From: Trichoplax sp. H2
Taxonomy: Eukaryota
Direction: 5' to 3'
Length of the DNA: 50,624 nucleotides
Assembly: GCA_003344405.1 (NCBI GenBank)
Contig: NOWV01000030.1
Coordinates: forward strand, 558,001 to 608,624
A program made the position numbers and the translations under genes. The notes under the pieces were generated by a model that was not told the origin of the DNA, searched no databases, and was given only the letters and a program-made list of their open reading frames with translations. Position 1 is the stretch's first letter; every line of letters begins with the position of its first letter. Below, piece after piece: positions 37,501 through 50,624 of this stretch.

Positions 37501-39029
37501 TTAATAACTATTGTAACAGCTGATATGGTGCTAATTATGTTATTAAATTAATGTTTACTTGAAAGATTGCCGTAATCTTTGCGTAACTTTTTTGTCCATT
37601 GCTGCAGTACTATTATAATTATTGCTTTAGACTTTCTGTACAATAAATCATACATATGCCATCCGTTCAATAACGCGTAAATATATTTATGGCCATTACT
37701 GCCTATTACTAAATTTAGCAATTTGACTACAATTGCCGCATGGATATATCCCTTAACGCCTACAGTTAAGATCTTTGCAGCTTATAATGATTTCTTCTTC
37801 CTATAATAAGCCTACTATAGCTAAACCAACCCAAACATCTATTGCGATTTTCCCGGTCACGCTACGATGCAAGACATGGTTTCAAAACAATAATTCTCCC
37901 GATCTATTGCACAACTGACAAAATTTTATAAGCTGTTACATTAATTATAAATTCTGAATTGAAAACGACTCCGTTAAATTAACTTAATTAGATTTTAAAA
38001 TCGGGCTTTAATCATAAGTATTGTTGAAGAAACATTCGCCTTGTGTTTAGTTAAATTGTGAGTTTCATTGTTAATAACCGTACTGGTAATTTTATTTCAA
38101 AAAACATACTAGTAATTATTGGACTACATTAAATAACTCAATTTTTAGAACATTTAATACGCTTCACAATAACCGTTTGCTTGTGTTGTGCCTAGATAAT
38201 ATATGCAAACAAGTTTGGACGTCTACGAAGATTGAAGGTTTAAAGAATTAAGATTTGGAACACAAGTGCTACTTTTGTGACAGTTTTCACTTGATTGTCA
38301 AATTTGTTAGGCCATACCAAACTTGAATAAATGGGAATAAGTATTTCAGTTATTGCTTCAGTAATTCTTATTGCAAAACTTAATTAGCTAAATCTATTCG
38401 GGTTAGCGCGCTTGCTTAAAGAACCTAACAGTTTCAACCAACAAAAATAGGAGTAGACAAGTTTTCCCATTGAACAACGAAAATCTTTAGTCAACTGTCC
38501 ACGAATTCCTATTTGGAGTGCCATTAGTTGAGACGCTTGCGTAAGAGTATACAAGTTAAATGGATGTAGATTAGCAAAAGTGGAGTGATTGTACTATTCC
38601 GTGAGAAATGTAGACTTATAGGTTTTATATAACGTTTCAGTCCAAGTTGAAGCATAAGTACATACAAATCGGTATACATAATCTGTGCAAATTTCCCTAT
38701 TCTAGCAAGAAATGAATTGGCATTTGTTAATCTCTGAACAAGTACTAGTAAAAAAGATATAAAATAGCAGGATATTAGCATGTAGAATTAATCTTTAACT
38801 ACAACAGAACATACGTACAATCAAAATTAATGAATATTTTTGTATACACAAAATGTAAAAGGAATTAACATATGTTCATAAATCCGACTGGCATAACCGG
38901 CATAATAATTATATGGGTATCCTCCAGTAGGATAAATATAGATACCCTTCAGTAAGCAAATCTTATCCGATGCAAAAATGCTAGAGTTATCATATTATAT
39001 AACTTGCAATTAAGAATCATCAATTTTCA

Positions 39030-39530
39030 ATATTGATGATTGTATCCAACGAAACAATTGCAGATGTTGCTATTAATTTCGTCAATGCAAGTAGCTCCAT
39101 TTTGGCATTAGGATCCAATAAAATCATCGACATTAATTTCATAGCTTCCAGTGCAATCGGCAAAAGTATAACGAATAATTGGCAATCCCAGCCTAGTATT
39201 TGACTAGGAAGCACATTCATTAATAATATTAGTGTTGGTTTCACAGATAGTTCCTGTACATCCTAATAAGTATTGGTATGAAAATTATCCTTCGTAATAT
39301 GGTAACATTATTTTATACTTACGTATGTCTAGAGTGACTATTTAGCGTAAAATTGTTGACAATAAACAGCATCAAGAGTTAGAAAACAAAAGCTCTCAAA
39401 TATTAATTTACTCTTGTTCTATCAAATTTGACAAGGGTAGTTAAACATAAATGTTAGCGGGCAGTACAGTTATATCTAGATACATCTAGTAGCCACTACC
39501 AATAAAGCATCTGCAGTTTTTCCTGAAGTG
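39030..39530 (-). pseudogene. Heavily decayed EGF gene relic
   Basis: Fragments such as GCTGTICET..INECAS*, DVDDFIGS*CQNGATCIDEINSNICNCFVGY, LCLTT.CQ and RYNCT, with stops and deletions. Confidence 0.65.
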
Positions 39531-39836
39531 CTCCTATTAGTAGATAAAGGTAATAGTGACGTTTATTACTTACTTTAAAAGAATTACATGTAGATCGAAA
39601 TAAATTAGAAGTAGTAAATAGATAAGAGGCTACTATCTATATGCATCTCTCGACTGAGTTATAATTCTTTTCTTTTCAAATCAAATTATCCAATCTTGCT
39701 TTATTTATCTGTGCTGTTTACGTAATTTTCAAATAAATATCTTCTGGCCAACAGACATCTATCCTCACACTACTCTATTAAAATCGGCTTAGAACTATTA
39801 CCCAATATAAATCATTATACTTTTCATATTAACTCA

Positions 39837-40397
39837 TGTAACTCTAGGGTTGTGATATATACCAATCACGAAATTCCAAATTTTAGAAAAATAAGGGCTT
39901 TATTGAATCTTATATAAAGATTAACTACACACAGCTCTACTCTAGCCGAATACTACTACTAAAGACTTCTACAACGAATTAACAGAATAATCTAAAGTTG
40001 CATGCTTTTTATACTTATCGTAGCATTCGCAGCTACAATCTGTATGGCAACCTTTTACCTTATTTTGCACATAGTAAAATTATTCTTAGTAACACTATTC
40101 TACTGCGGACCATCATTAATCCGATATGGATACAATTACAGTATTTACGTAGACATTATTCACACCAGCCAAAGCACAATGAATTAACCATATCCTAGTA
40201 TATGATTTACAGTTCTATTTTTACCTATAACCTGATTGGTAACTCAACACCTTACTGTATATAGTCATCTGTACTCTAGCATAGAGTCTATACTACTACA
40301 GTCTATAGTTATGGCTACCAAACATCTCTTAGGATAAATATCTACCGTACATTGTACAAAACATGGCTAACAGTCTACAATCAAAATACTAGTTACA
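39837..40397. mobile_element. Dispersed repeat family 2, putative solo LTR
   Basis: TGTAAC...GTTACA candidate termini; matches the reverse complement of 50113-50624. No TSD found, so the left boundary is tentative. Confidence 0.65.
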
Positions 40398-42049
40398 TTA
40401 TAAGGGTATAAGAGTTACGTAGCATTATTTCAATGTACAAGTCATTACCCAATCAAAACTGATCATTATGCTAGTATTAACATAATCTACCATCATTCTA
40501 TTAGTAATTTTCATACTCAGACAATTTTCTACTACCACATATCAGCAGTGATTCTCTTATTTTTTCTACAAGTCTGATTCTAATTAATAAGTTAAGAAAA
40601 TTATTGCCTCTATCTTAAATGTAGAATATTGTTACGAGCTAGGAATAGCCTTAACTTGCAACAAGGATTGAGAGAGTAATTTCTATCCTACACTACTATT
40701 ATTTGGAATACGAGTCAACTAGTTTTTCAAAGTAGGCAGGGTTTAATGATCCTACTAAATTTACCATATCAGTATTAAAATGATCAATGCTTAATAATAG
40801 TTTAGCGGATGCATATTAAGCTATCCTACTAACACATTTCCTCTAACTTAGGAATTGTCTTTGAACCTTAAAAACTTCGGAGATGATAGATACAATCCAG
40901 TTTAACTGCTTGACAATTACTATTTTAGTCTATTTAATCCTAAATTAAGGCTATCAACTGTTAACTACTATAATTATAATTAAGCAGACCGTAAAACATT
41001 TCTGTGTTATAAACATATATAGAACATTGAAATAAAGTATACGTCATGAAGATTACTTTCGTGACAAATATTTATACTAGAAAACCATGCTCCTCATTTT
41101 CTTAAACAGAATTAGAGGTAGGGTGTAATTATTGCCTTGGGGTGAATTTATAAGTATATTTTTACTATATAATTACAAATCTCATTTTTTATTTACTTAA
41201 AAGAAAATATCATCATCCAATTTCTTATGTTATAGCTCTGAAGAATATATTCTGATACGCCACATATATTTCCTTATATTTTTGCGGTATATTTACGAAT
41301 CTCATTTGTTATCCATTAATAGTAGACATAATATCGAAAAAATGTCCTTTTAGGCTAGACTTGTTGCCCTTTCTAATAATAGAAATGAAAATCCCCTTTA
41401 TTATTCATTATAGCAGCATCATTACGCAATTTTAAATGCTATAGCTTTACAGAATATGTCCGTCCTAATACATTTATTATCTTATTTCACTATAAAATTA
41501 CAAGTCTCATTTATTGCGCATTAATAGCAGATATCCCCATGCAAATTCTAGTTACTATTATAAGCTAATAATTAACTATTACAATATAAAACGATTAAAT
41601 GTCTCTTGATATTATTTGCTTTTCACTTTAAATTGCAAGCTCTTGCATTTGAATTCACAAGGAACTCTGTGTACCTAGAATTTAACAGAAGATTTTTCGT
41701 ACGCCTAATACGCATAAAGCAGGGATATATCGAGGCTGTATCACATAAAGTTTCCATTCTACTGAAGCTAACAACTCAATAGAAACCAGTAGCCAACAAT
41801 TAATGCAACTATTGGATAAGATACGAATAGATAATCTTATAAATATTAAACTCGTATGAGGTAATCAGAACATATAGATCATTTATGAGGAACAATCTAT
41901 ACAAATTGAATAGTAATATATCACACGCGAAGGATTTGAATATCTTGACTTGTGTTTTCCAGACATCATCGATTATTCGGTGAAAGAATCAATATTTCAC
42001 ATTCAAATATTTCCGCAATATCAGCCATGAAAGAAATCGATGTAAAGAG

Positions 42050-45000
42050 TTAGAACATAGAGCTTCGATCTAACTCAGCATACTTGCCATTATCATCGTG
42101 ACTTGACTGCAAATGGATGACTCGCTTAACTTCGCCAGTTTCAGGCAAAGTTTGAAGATAGACTTGGTTATTACGATTTGACTATGAATAAGTCAGTTAT
42201 TAAGAGAGGGCATCATTATTTGCAGTCTTATCAACGAAAGACAATTTTAGCCAGTAATCGTTGGCAAAATATAAGCTGGCCATTTTGGTTATTTATGGTC
42301 TACCTGATTATCTTTTGCAGCGAATTTCAAAGTCTGATAGATATTTTCAGCTTCTGATTCTGTAAATATAATATTAAGTAAACGTGATATTGATGAAGAT
42401 AATGATTTAATAGATGGCACTAAGAACCGTTTTAAGATATTGATTCATTCCACATGCAGTTACTGTACATCTGCAGTCAGCTCTTTCCGCATCGATTTTT
42501 TAATTTATAAATTGCAAATTATATTCATTATGCAGCTTACCATGGATATAGTTTCCAGCTGACCGATTTTGATTTTGTTCACTTCCATGCTCATTTTCAT
42601 TTACTTGGTTACAAGGTGTACTTATTGGTAGACTAGGTGGATTATAACCAAATTGTAAAGCATCGTAAACCATACTCGCTCTAGTTTCGTTGTCTAGATA
42701 TGGGTGAGGACCTATTATTAGGTAATGCAAATGCTGATATAATTTAATTACCGCGCAGGAAGCTTTCATGATTATTCGAATTCTTTCACACCTGATACCG
42801 TTACTTATGATTTCATTAATTATCAATATTTAGTCTCTGTTGTGTTTTATATTTGCATCCTAGGATTACCTTCCTGTAAACTTCTGACTGGACTTACGGA
42901 AGCATACACATCATCAGCTGGAGAAGCGTTTAACGGATCAGAATTGCCATCTTGCACTGTTGCCGTTCCATTGACAGGCATACCATTATCTCTCTCATAC
43001 GTTCGCATCGAAGATCCCGCATTGGCCATATCAGCCATATCAATATGTTCTATTCTATTTGTGGTATACAGTTCTAGATGCTAACAATTGTAAACCAAAA
43101 ATTTAACACAGAAGGCTGCAGAATTTACATATTATTAATGAATCCTAAAACTCAAGTTTTATCTAACAGCTATTGGAGTTCCAGGTCTTCGATTTGGGTA
43201 TTCATCAGGATCATCATCATCTTCCGCTTTGAGTAACGATCAATTAAAAAATTAAAAATTAATTTGCGGTCTATTATATTACGTGAGATTTGCAAGATTG
43301 CATTAAGTAACCATGAATCAGGTTTAATTATCACAATATACGGTATAATCAGTTTAATTTACATAACATCGGAGTTAATGTCATTGAACGGGCTGGTCGA
43401 GTCGGTTTATTATTGAAGCACCTTAAGGAATTTGGGTAGATAAATAAAGATAATTTTAGTTTGACATCAAAAGTGATTTTAAGTTTTAACTGCTAATTCT
43501 GGACGAATAATTCATATAAATATACATTTTGCTTCGTCTCTTGCAGAATAAAACGGCAATCAATAATAGGATTATTACTAATAAGCCTCCACTACTAGCT
43601 CCGGCAATCATGGCGACTTGTGCCAGTACCGATACTGTCGGTTGTGGTCCTGATGTTGGAGAATTGGCACATGTAGTTTCTATGTTAATTATAAATGTTA
43701 AATTCTTACTGTTGATCAATTAGTATTAGTAAAAGTTTTTCTTACTAAAGTCCTATATGTAAAAATAAAACAATTCTTATATTATTCCAAATTGATCTAA
43801 ATCACAAAAAGCAATTCTAAATGACCGATAGAAAATGATTAAAAACCTATTTGCCCTTAAAAGATCTTCCCTAAATTCAAACCACCACTTTCGAAGTTAC
43901 CTTCTTCAAAGTCGTAAGCAAAATGTTTAATTATTATTTGCCGCAACTTACCTATTACGTGCTTTACAGACTGACGGAATTCTTTATACTCATTCGTGGC
44001 TTTATTGACTTTTAATATTATTGAAACCTCGTAAGTTACGTTTATTCCAAGATGAAACAAGTTAATACTGTTGCGACCAGACTTTGGAATTGACGGTAAT
44101 GTGTTCAGGTTCTGTTCGGTTAGTTTTCTGTACTGAACATGAAGATCAGCCGCTCTGTTATTTTGAAAGTTATTAATGTTCCATTCGACTTTAATCGTAG
44201 AGCAATTGAATTCAGTAATTGTTAAATTTGTGATTGATGTCGGCAGGATACTATTACCTATAATGATGATGAATTGTTGTTACCGTCTTAACTATCAATA
44301 GCAAGTCAAGGTAGTGTAATGAATATTTTTGTTTATAGCTGCTGCTTAGGATTTACCACTTTTGTTAGTACAATTAATGCCTGTGTAGCCATTTGTGCAG
44401 TTACAGCTATATTTAAAATTCCGCACAAAATTACACTTTCCTCCATTCTTGCAAGGAGAAACTCTACGGCATGGATTAGCATCTGCAACAGAAATGAGGA
44501 CATAAAATCTATTAGCGACACGCTCACTCAATAATTAACTTAATATACTTTACTGCTATTGATCAAATACTTAATGAATTACTAAAATTGTTTAAAAGAA
44601 AAAGTTGTTTAATTCTAATTATACTGCAGTTTATATACAGTTTATAGTACAAAAACTTTTTCAGACTAATTTCATTTATAATCATGGATTGCAAATTAAC
44701 GACATCGACAAGAACTAATATATTTGCTATCAGCGCATCAGAAATCATTCGAACCCTCAGATTCTGAGAGCGATCATTTATACCAAACAGCGTCTGGAAC
44801 ACTCATTACATTTACTGCTACGAAGGGCTTCACTTTATCATAACTTTGTTACAGAATTTTACTTACCATCTGTGCAATTCTTGCCGGTATAACCCGATAT
44901 ACAATCGCATTTATATAAAAATCCTGCAATATCGTGGCAAGTAGCACCATTAGTGCAGGGCAACCGTGAGCGACATATGGACTGAACTAAAATCGCAAAT

Positions 45001-48000
45001 ATCAAGCAGACATATTACCGAGACAATCATTAAGAAATATCAAAATTATCATGTCAGTAGCTAACCGCTAGAACATGTTTTGCCAGTGTAACCTGATGAA
45101 CAGTTGCATCTGTATTCGTAGTTATTTAGGTAAATGCACGTTCCACCATTTTGACATGGTTGACTTGAGCGACATAAATTAGCATCTAAATTAATAACAT
45201 TTAAATCAGATGATTTTACGTGCAGAGTATTCACTTTGTTGCAGCAATGATTTCTATATGTAAACTATACTATCATAAACTATTTCTATCATACAGTTCT
45301 ACTGAGTATTTATTTAAAATAAATGATATAAATCAAGAAATAGTAACTTAGGTGCGGATTGATTTCGTTAAATTATAATTTCCAATTTCAACATGTACAA
45401 CAATAACCATATATTATTTATAGTATGACCAGGCGATAGTTTATTTCGCTTTTAAATTATAAAATTTTGAATTATCAGGTATAAGCTTATTTCAAGCAGT
45501 ATTTCATATAATATTCTCAAGTGAGATACGATAAAAGGTTATCAATCTTGCTTATTATATAGGTTCGCATGCCACTTGCTGGTTGATAGGATATTTGATA
45601 AGCACTTATTGAAAAATTTAAAAGCAATATAGCTGAGTAGGTTTACAAATAAGAATTTCTTGTTACCTATAGAACAATTTACGCCTACATAACCAGTCTG
45701 ACAGGAACAGTTATATGAGTGATCTCCGTTGAAAACACACGAGCCGCCATGTTTGCATGGTGAAATCGTTCGACATGGGTTAGTGCCTAAGATTGAGCAA
45801 ACGACTTCGGTTATTAAGAATACAAGGGACTAGTAATAATAACAATTTCGATAGTATATAGTTCATCATTGAGGTTATTTAAGCACATTTTACGAATTTC
45901 CTTACTATGAGAACAATTTTGGCCGGTATAACCAGGTTTACAATTGCATCTATATCGGTATTCTTCGATATCATGGCAAGCGCCATCATTAGCACAGGGT
46001 GAGCTCGAACGACATACGAACTGGTCTGAATTATAAATATTATCTAGCTTTAATTGCTATAATAAGCGAAAGTCTTCAATGCTATTTCTTTATTTACTGA
46101 CCGATAGAGCAATTTTTGCCGGTGTAACCAGATACACAATTACATCTATATTCGTTGTCTTTTATGAAAACGCACGTTCCGTTATGATGACACGGTTTGA
46201 GTGTACGGCATAAATTAGTAACTAAATAAAATAGAAATTATTACTTTGAAAAGTTTCCAGTAACAAGATAAAATATCCATGAATGCTTCCGACTGCACTA
46301 AGAATCGTCGTTGTAGTAGGATTATCATTAATCTTCAACATAAAATAACTGCGATTCTTATGACAACCATAGTCGAAGGCCATGAGCTCTGATGGATAAT
46401 TTTACTTCACCAAATAGCTCCAGATAACAAAGCATGGGTATTTGAATAGTATTAATATCAGATTTATCTATTTAAGTGACTGAGCTATGATAAAACTACT
46501 CAAATTAGGTCATTAGGACTCAGCATGCTAATTTAGAGCTATACATTGTTAAATACTAACTAAAATTAAGATACTTCAAAATAGCAGGGAATCATGATTT
46601 AGCACTAAATATGCGCTCAATTGTAGTAAATCACACCATACTAAATACTATTTATTTAATATTATAGACAAACGTTAAATCCTAAGTAAAGAGAAAATCA
46701 TTTCCCTAAGAGTAATAATTAAATTGTTTTATATTGGCGTCATACCGTCAGTACAATTCTGGCCGCCATAACCAGTAATACAATTGCAAGTATAATCATA
46801 GGGTTCTATAAATTCGCATGTTCCATTATTTTTGCAAGGAGAATTTTGCCTACAGACATTGGTGTCTTAATCATGGCGAGAAAATTTAATAACCATTATT
46901 TCAATACGGAATAAAGGAGAATAAAACAATATACCTTCTGAGCAGTTTTTTCCAGTATAACCGTTGCTGCAATTACAGCTATATGAAAACTCCGCTAAAT
47001 ATTGGCAGGTACCATTATTTTCGCAAGGATTGTGCTGACGGCATTGGTCAGCATCTATACAAGTGACGATAAAATTAGGTAGTTATTTCAATATTAAACA
47101 TTAATCCAAGTAGCGATAATCAGTTTCTTCCATTAACTACTTAGCTTGATTAATGCAAAGCAAACACTACCATTTTTTGTCATCTATTGACTGCTGTAAT
47201 TACTACCAAGGTTATCATAAATACATTTTATATTTAGTACCTATTTCACAACGGCTGCCAGTCCAACCGACCTTACATTGACAAATATAGCTGTTGTTTC
47301 CATTGATACAATCTATGGCCCCATCGGTACAAGGATTTGATTCGCACTCATTAATATCTGCCGATTAATAGTAGCAAAGCTGAGGCCAAAATCTTAATTA
47401 TTGGGTAAAATTTTTTCTAGGTCGAAGAATGTACTTCGAGATTTGAATTACCTTCCGTACAATTTGGACCAGTAAAGCCATAAACACACTGACAACGAAA
47501 ATTAAAATCTCTAATATTGTGACAAATTCCGCCATTCTGACATGGCGAGATAACCCGGCATGCAAATGTATCTGATAAAATAAGCGTATATAATATTTTT
47601 CGTCAGTTGTTTTATAAGATAAGATAGAAATAAATAAAAATGCTACATATCACCTTCTGAGCAATTTGCGCCGGTATAGCCAGGCTGACAAGTGCAATTA
47701 TAAGAGTAATGACCACTATATTCGCAAGTTCCGCCGTTTTCGCATGGATTAAATGAGTGGCATATATTTGCCCCTAAAGATTTAAACCTAACAATTAATG
47801 AATTATTTGTGGCAATATTTACAGTGACAAGCTGATGAAGACTTCTTTTTTATGTCGTAATAAACATATACGAATATTTATTAAGTAATCAATTTACCAA
47901 TTGTGATTGCAATCAACATTTAAATTAAATACAAATATTTATAGTACTGCTCAGCCTTAACGATTTAACTTACGCGTTTCGCATTGCCTGCCTGTCCATT

Positions 48001-50071
48001 CTGGAGGACATTTGCATATGTACCTTCCAATATCGTCACTACACTTCGACTCTGGATGCTTGCATGGATTTGATAGGCATTCATTAATATCTAACAAAGG
48101 AAAAAATAGTTCTCACACTAATCATATAATAAGAATAATTTAGCGCTTTGATCAAAATTTGAGGTAGTCAATTATATTCTACTGTCACAATTTCACTTCT
48201 GCGACAAGGTAACGTATAGTAAAAGTCTATAAGTAACTACTGACTTAAACGCCCTTTTACTTAACGTTAAACCTACACAGCAAAAGACTGTAAAGATGAA
48301 ACTTTTATTAGCAAAGATACATCTACAACTTTTTACCACACTCTCAACTCAAATATTCCCGTTTATATAGGAACCGTCTAATTTGTAAACAACAACAGTA
48401 TTGTTATTATACCTTACTAGGAGAAATATCTCGAACTGAGGTGCTCCTTACATAGCTTTTCTATCAGTAAATATTTTGAATCTCTTACTCATACTTAATC
48501 TTAATCTAAGCTCGTAGGTTGTCTAATTCAGCTATCATCAACTAGAACTTAAATCATCTTACTGGTATCTATCACACAATAACAATCAATATCAAATATG
48601 TAATGAACTATTACAAATATCATCCACGTTAAGGCATCACTTATCTTACCTAGCACTACAAATATGGATATTCTCCATACTAGCTACTACTGTACTTATT
48701 AAACTATCCTAATGACAAGGCAACACCGTAACATCTACCTCGGCTACAATTTTGATCAGTGTAACCAGATGGACAGGTACATCTATACTGGTAATCACCC
48801 AAGTTAGTACATGTACCATTATTTTGGCAAGGTGAATCCGCTAAACAAATGTTGGTATCTACAGTAATCCAATGACAACATGATAATTAAATAAAGATGG
48901 CATGGATATTTCTTTGCTAATAAAAGGTACTGTACCATCCGAACAATTGATGCCAGTAAAACCAAATTTACAGCTGCAATTGTAAGTGAACGGATCGATA
49001 AATTGACAAATTCCTCCATTTTGACATGGTTGTACAGTTCGGCATAAATCGGTGTCTATTGCAATACCAATAAGAACCTTTTAGTTACAGTTTCATTTAA
49101 AGATATGATTTTATTGATATATAGTTTAAAGAAAATGGTAGAATCAAGTTCCGAATTACTTTATAGGATGATTTTTTATGAATTATCGTTTCGTGATTGG
49201 AGTTGCATAATTAATAACTGTAATTTTATATTGACCTTGAGTACAGTTTTGGCCAGTGTATTTAGGCGGACATATACAGACATAAATGTAAGCTTCGATA
49301 TACCGGCATTCTCCTCCATTTTGGCAAGGATGGTCCATACGACATACATTAGTATCTGTTCACAAATTCGTATCTTAAGTACCGTAAGTCATCATTTGCA
49401 CTTTAGTGATTATCAATCAATTATGCTATTAAAAAATTGTTTCCCTAACCTTCAGAACAATTTACGCCAGCATATCCCTGACTACAAGTGCAGTTATAAG
49501 AGAATTTTCCTAAACTGTGACATGCAGCTCCGTTTTCACATGGATCACTTCTATTACATATATTAACATCTACAAAGAGAAAATATTATAAAGATGTACT
49601 GAATAAATCTCAAGTTATTAAATCTGTTCAATCATACGGCACAAGTGTATGCATTTTGACAGCCATAAATTTTTGTCGTCATTGTTCTTTGCGATTACAA
49701 TTTTCCAATTTGCAAATTAGAATTCAACATACTTGTATCGCAATGAATACCAATCCAATTTCGTGGACATTGGCACCGATATCCATTAACCTCATTGATG
49801 CATGTAGCTTGGTTATTGCAAGGATTAGATACACATTCATTGATATCTAAAGTATGAATGGAACAAATAGCCCTAGCACAGGTTAAGAAAGTTTTCATTC
49901 TAGCACGCTTATTATTATTATATTGCAATAATTCGACAGATATTATCTTGCCTTGTAAGCAATGTTTTCCTGTATAGCCAGATTTACAAGTACAATTATA
50001 TTGATAAGGTTCAAGAAAAGTACAGGCGCTACCATTGCCGCAAGGTGTCGTAGTTCTGCAGACATTAACGT
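42050..50071 (-). CDS. 5'-partial single-pass receptor-like protein: at least 18 EGF-FN3-TM-long cytoplasmic tail with tyrosine motifs
   Basis: 18 phase-1 single-EGF exons between 44357 and 50071. FN3-like exon 43952-44257 ([36 protein letters not shown]). TM exon 43526-43679 ([30 protein letters not shown]). Tail exons 43363-43421, 43168-43226, 42870-43080, 42541-42711, 42304-42359, 42050-42181 splice in frame to ...[12 protein letters not shown]. The 5' end lies beyond the window. Confidence 0.85.
48183..48733. mobile_element. Solo LTR-like element, family 1, intronic
   Basis: 551 bp, same termini, 5-bp TSD TCTAC at 48178-48182 and 48734-48738. Confidence 0.88.
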
Positions 50072-50112
50072 CTAGATACAAGAAAGATTACATAATAATA
50101 AGACAACTGTAA

Positions 50113-50624
50113 TGTAACTTAGTATTGTGATTGTAGACTGTTAGCCATGTTTAGTATAATGCACGGTAGATATTTATCCTAAGAGATATTTGGTAGCTGT
50201 AACTATAGATTGTAGTGGTAGAGACTCTATGCTAGAGTACAGATGACTATATACAGTAAGCTGTTAAGTTACTAATATGGCTATAGGTAAAAATAGAACT
50301 GTAAATCATATATTAGGATATGGTTAATTCATTGTACTTTGGCTGGTGTGAATAATGTCTACGTAAGTACTGTAGTCGTATCCATATTGGATTAATGATG
50401 GTCCGCAGTAGAATAGTCTTACTAAGAATAATTTAACTATGTGTAAAATAAGGTAAAAGGTTGCCATGCGGATTGTAGCTGCGAATGCTACGAAAAGTAT
50501 AAAAGCATGCAACTTTAGATTATTCTGTTAGTTCGTTCTAGAAGTCTTTAGAAGTAGTATTCGGCTAGAGTAGAGCTGTGTAGTTAATCCTTATATAAGA
50601 TTGAATAAAGCCCTTATTTTTCTA
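50113..50624. mobile_element. Dispersed repeat family 2, inverted intronic copy running off the window
   Basis: Begins TGTAAC; reverse complement aligns to about 39884-40397. Confidence 0.7.

Noticed and set aside
40002..40187. Hydrophobic 61-62 aa ORF present in both family-2 repeat copies (also 50324-50512)
   Set aside because: Explained by high nucleotide identity of the repeat and AT-rich codon bias; no sign of coding selection.
1..50624. CRISPR arrays, operons, tRNA or rRNA genes
   Set aside because: The periodicity comes from spliced EGF exons; no repeat-spacer array or structured RNA gene was recognised.

Overview
AT-rich animal genomic DNA with short GT-AG introns; it is not prokaryotic. 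The style suggests a compact early-branching metazoan genome such as a placozoan (inference only). All genes lie on the minus strand and form a tandem cluster of EGF-repeat cell-surface proteins. (1) 10804-31586: an apparently intact 34-exon gene of about 3,660 aa by manual splicing. Order: signal peptide, Notch-ligand-type N-terminal C2/MNNL domain, a DSL stub, 21 EGF, a Delta/Jagged-type DOS EGF pair, 21 EGF, then a MUC4-like NIDO-AMOP-VWD(GDPH) block, a cadherin/Ig-like module, 17 EGF, SEA, 3 EGF, a transmembrane helix and a short Tyr-motif tail. (2) 42050 to beyond 50071: the 3' part of an intact gene with at least 18 EGF, FN3, a transmembrane helix and a long tail with several YxxL/V motifs. 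(3) about 45-8208: a pseudogenised paralog (signal peptide-C2-EGF array) with stops, lost cysteines and dead splice sites. Also present are a scrambled EGF relic near 39 kb, two solo-LTR-like copies with 5-bp TSDs, a second repeat family, and a 1.6 kb duplicated promoter/exon-1 block. The main candidate novelty is the Notch-ligand/MUC4 chimera within a modular, birth-and-death receptor cluster. Gene models were assembled by eye and need transcript confirmation.
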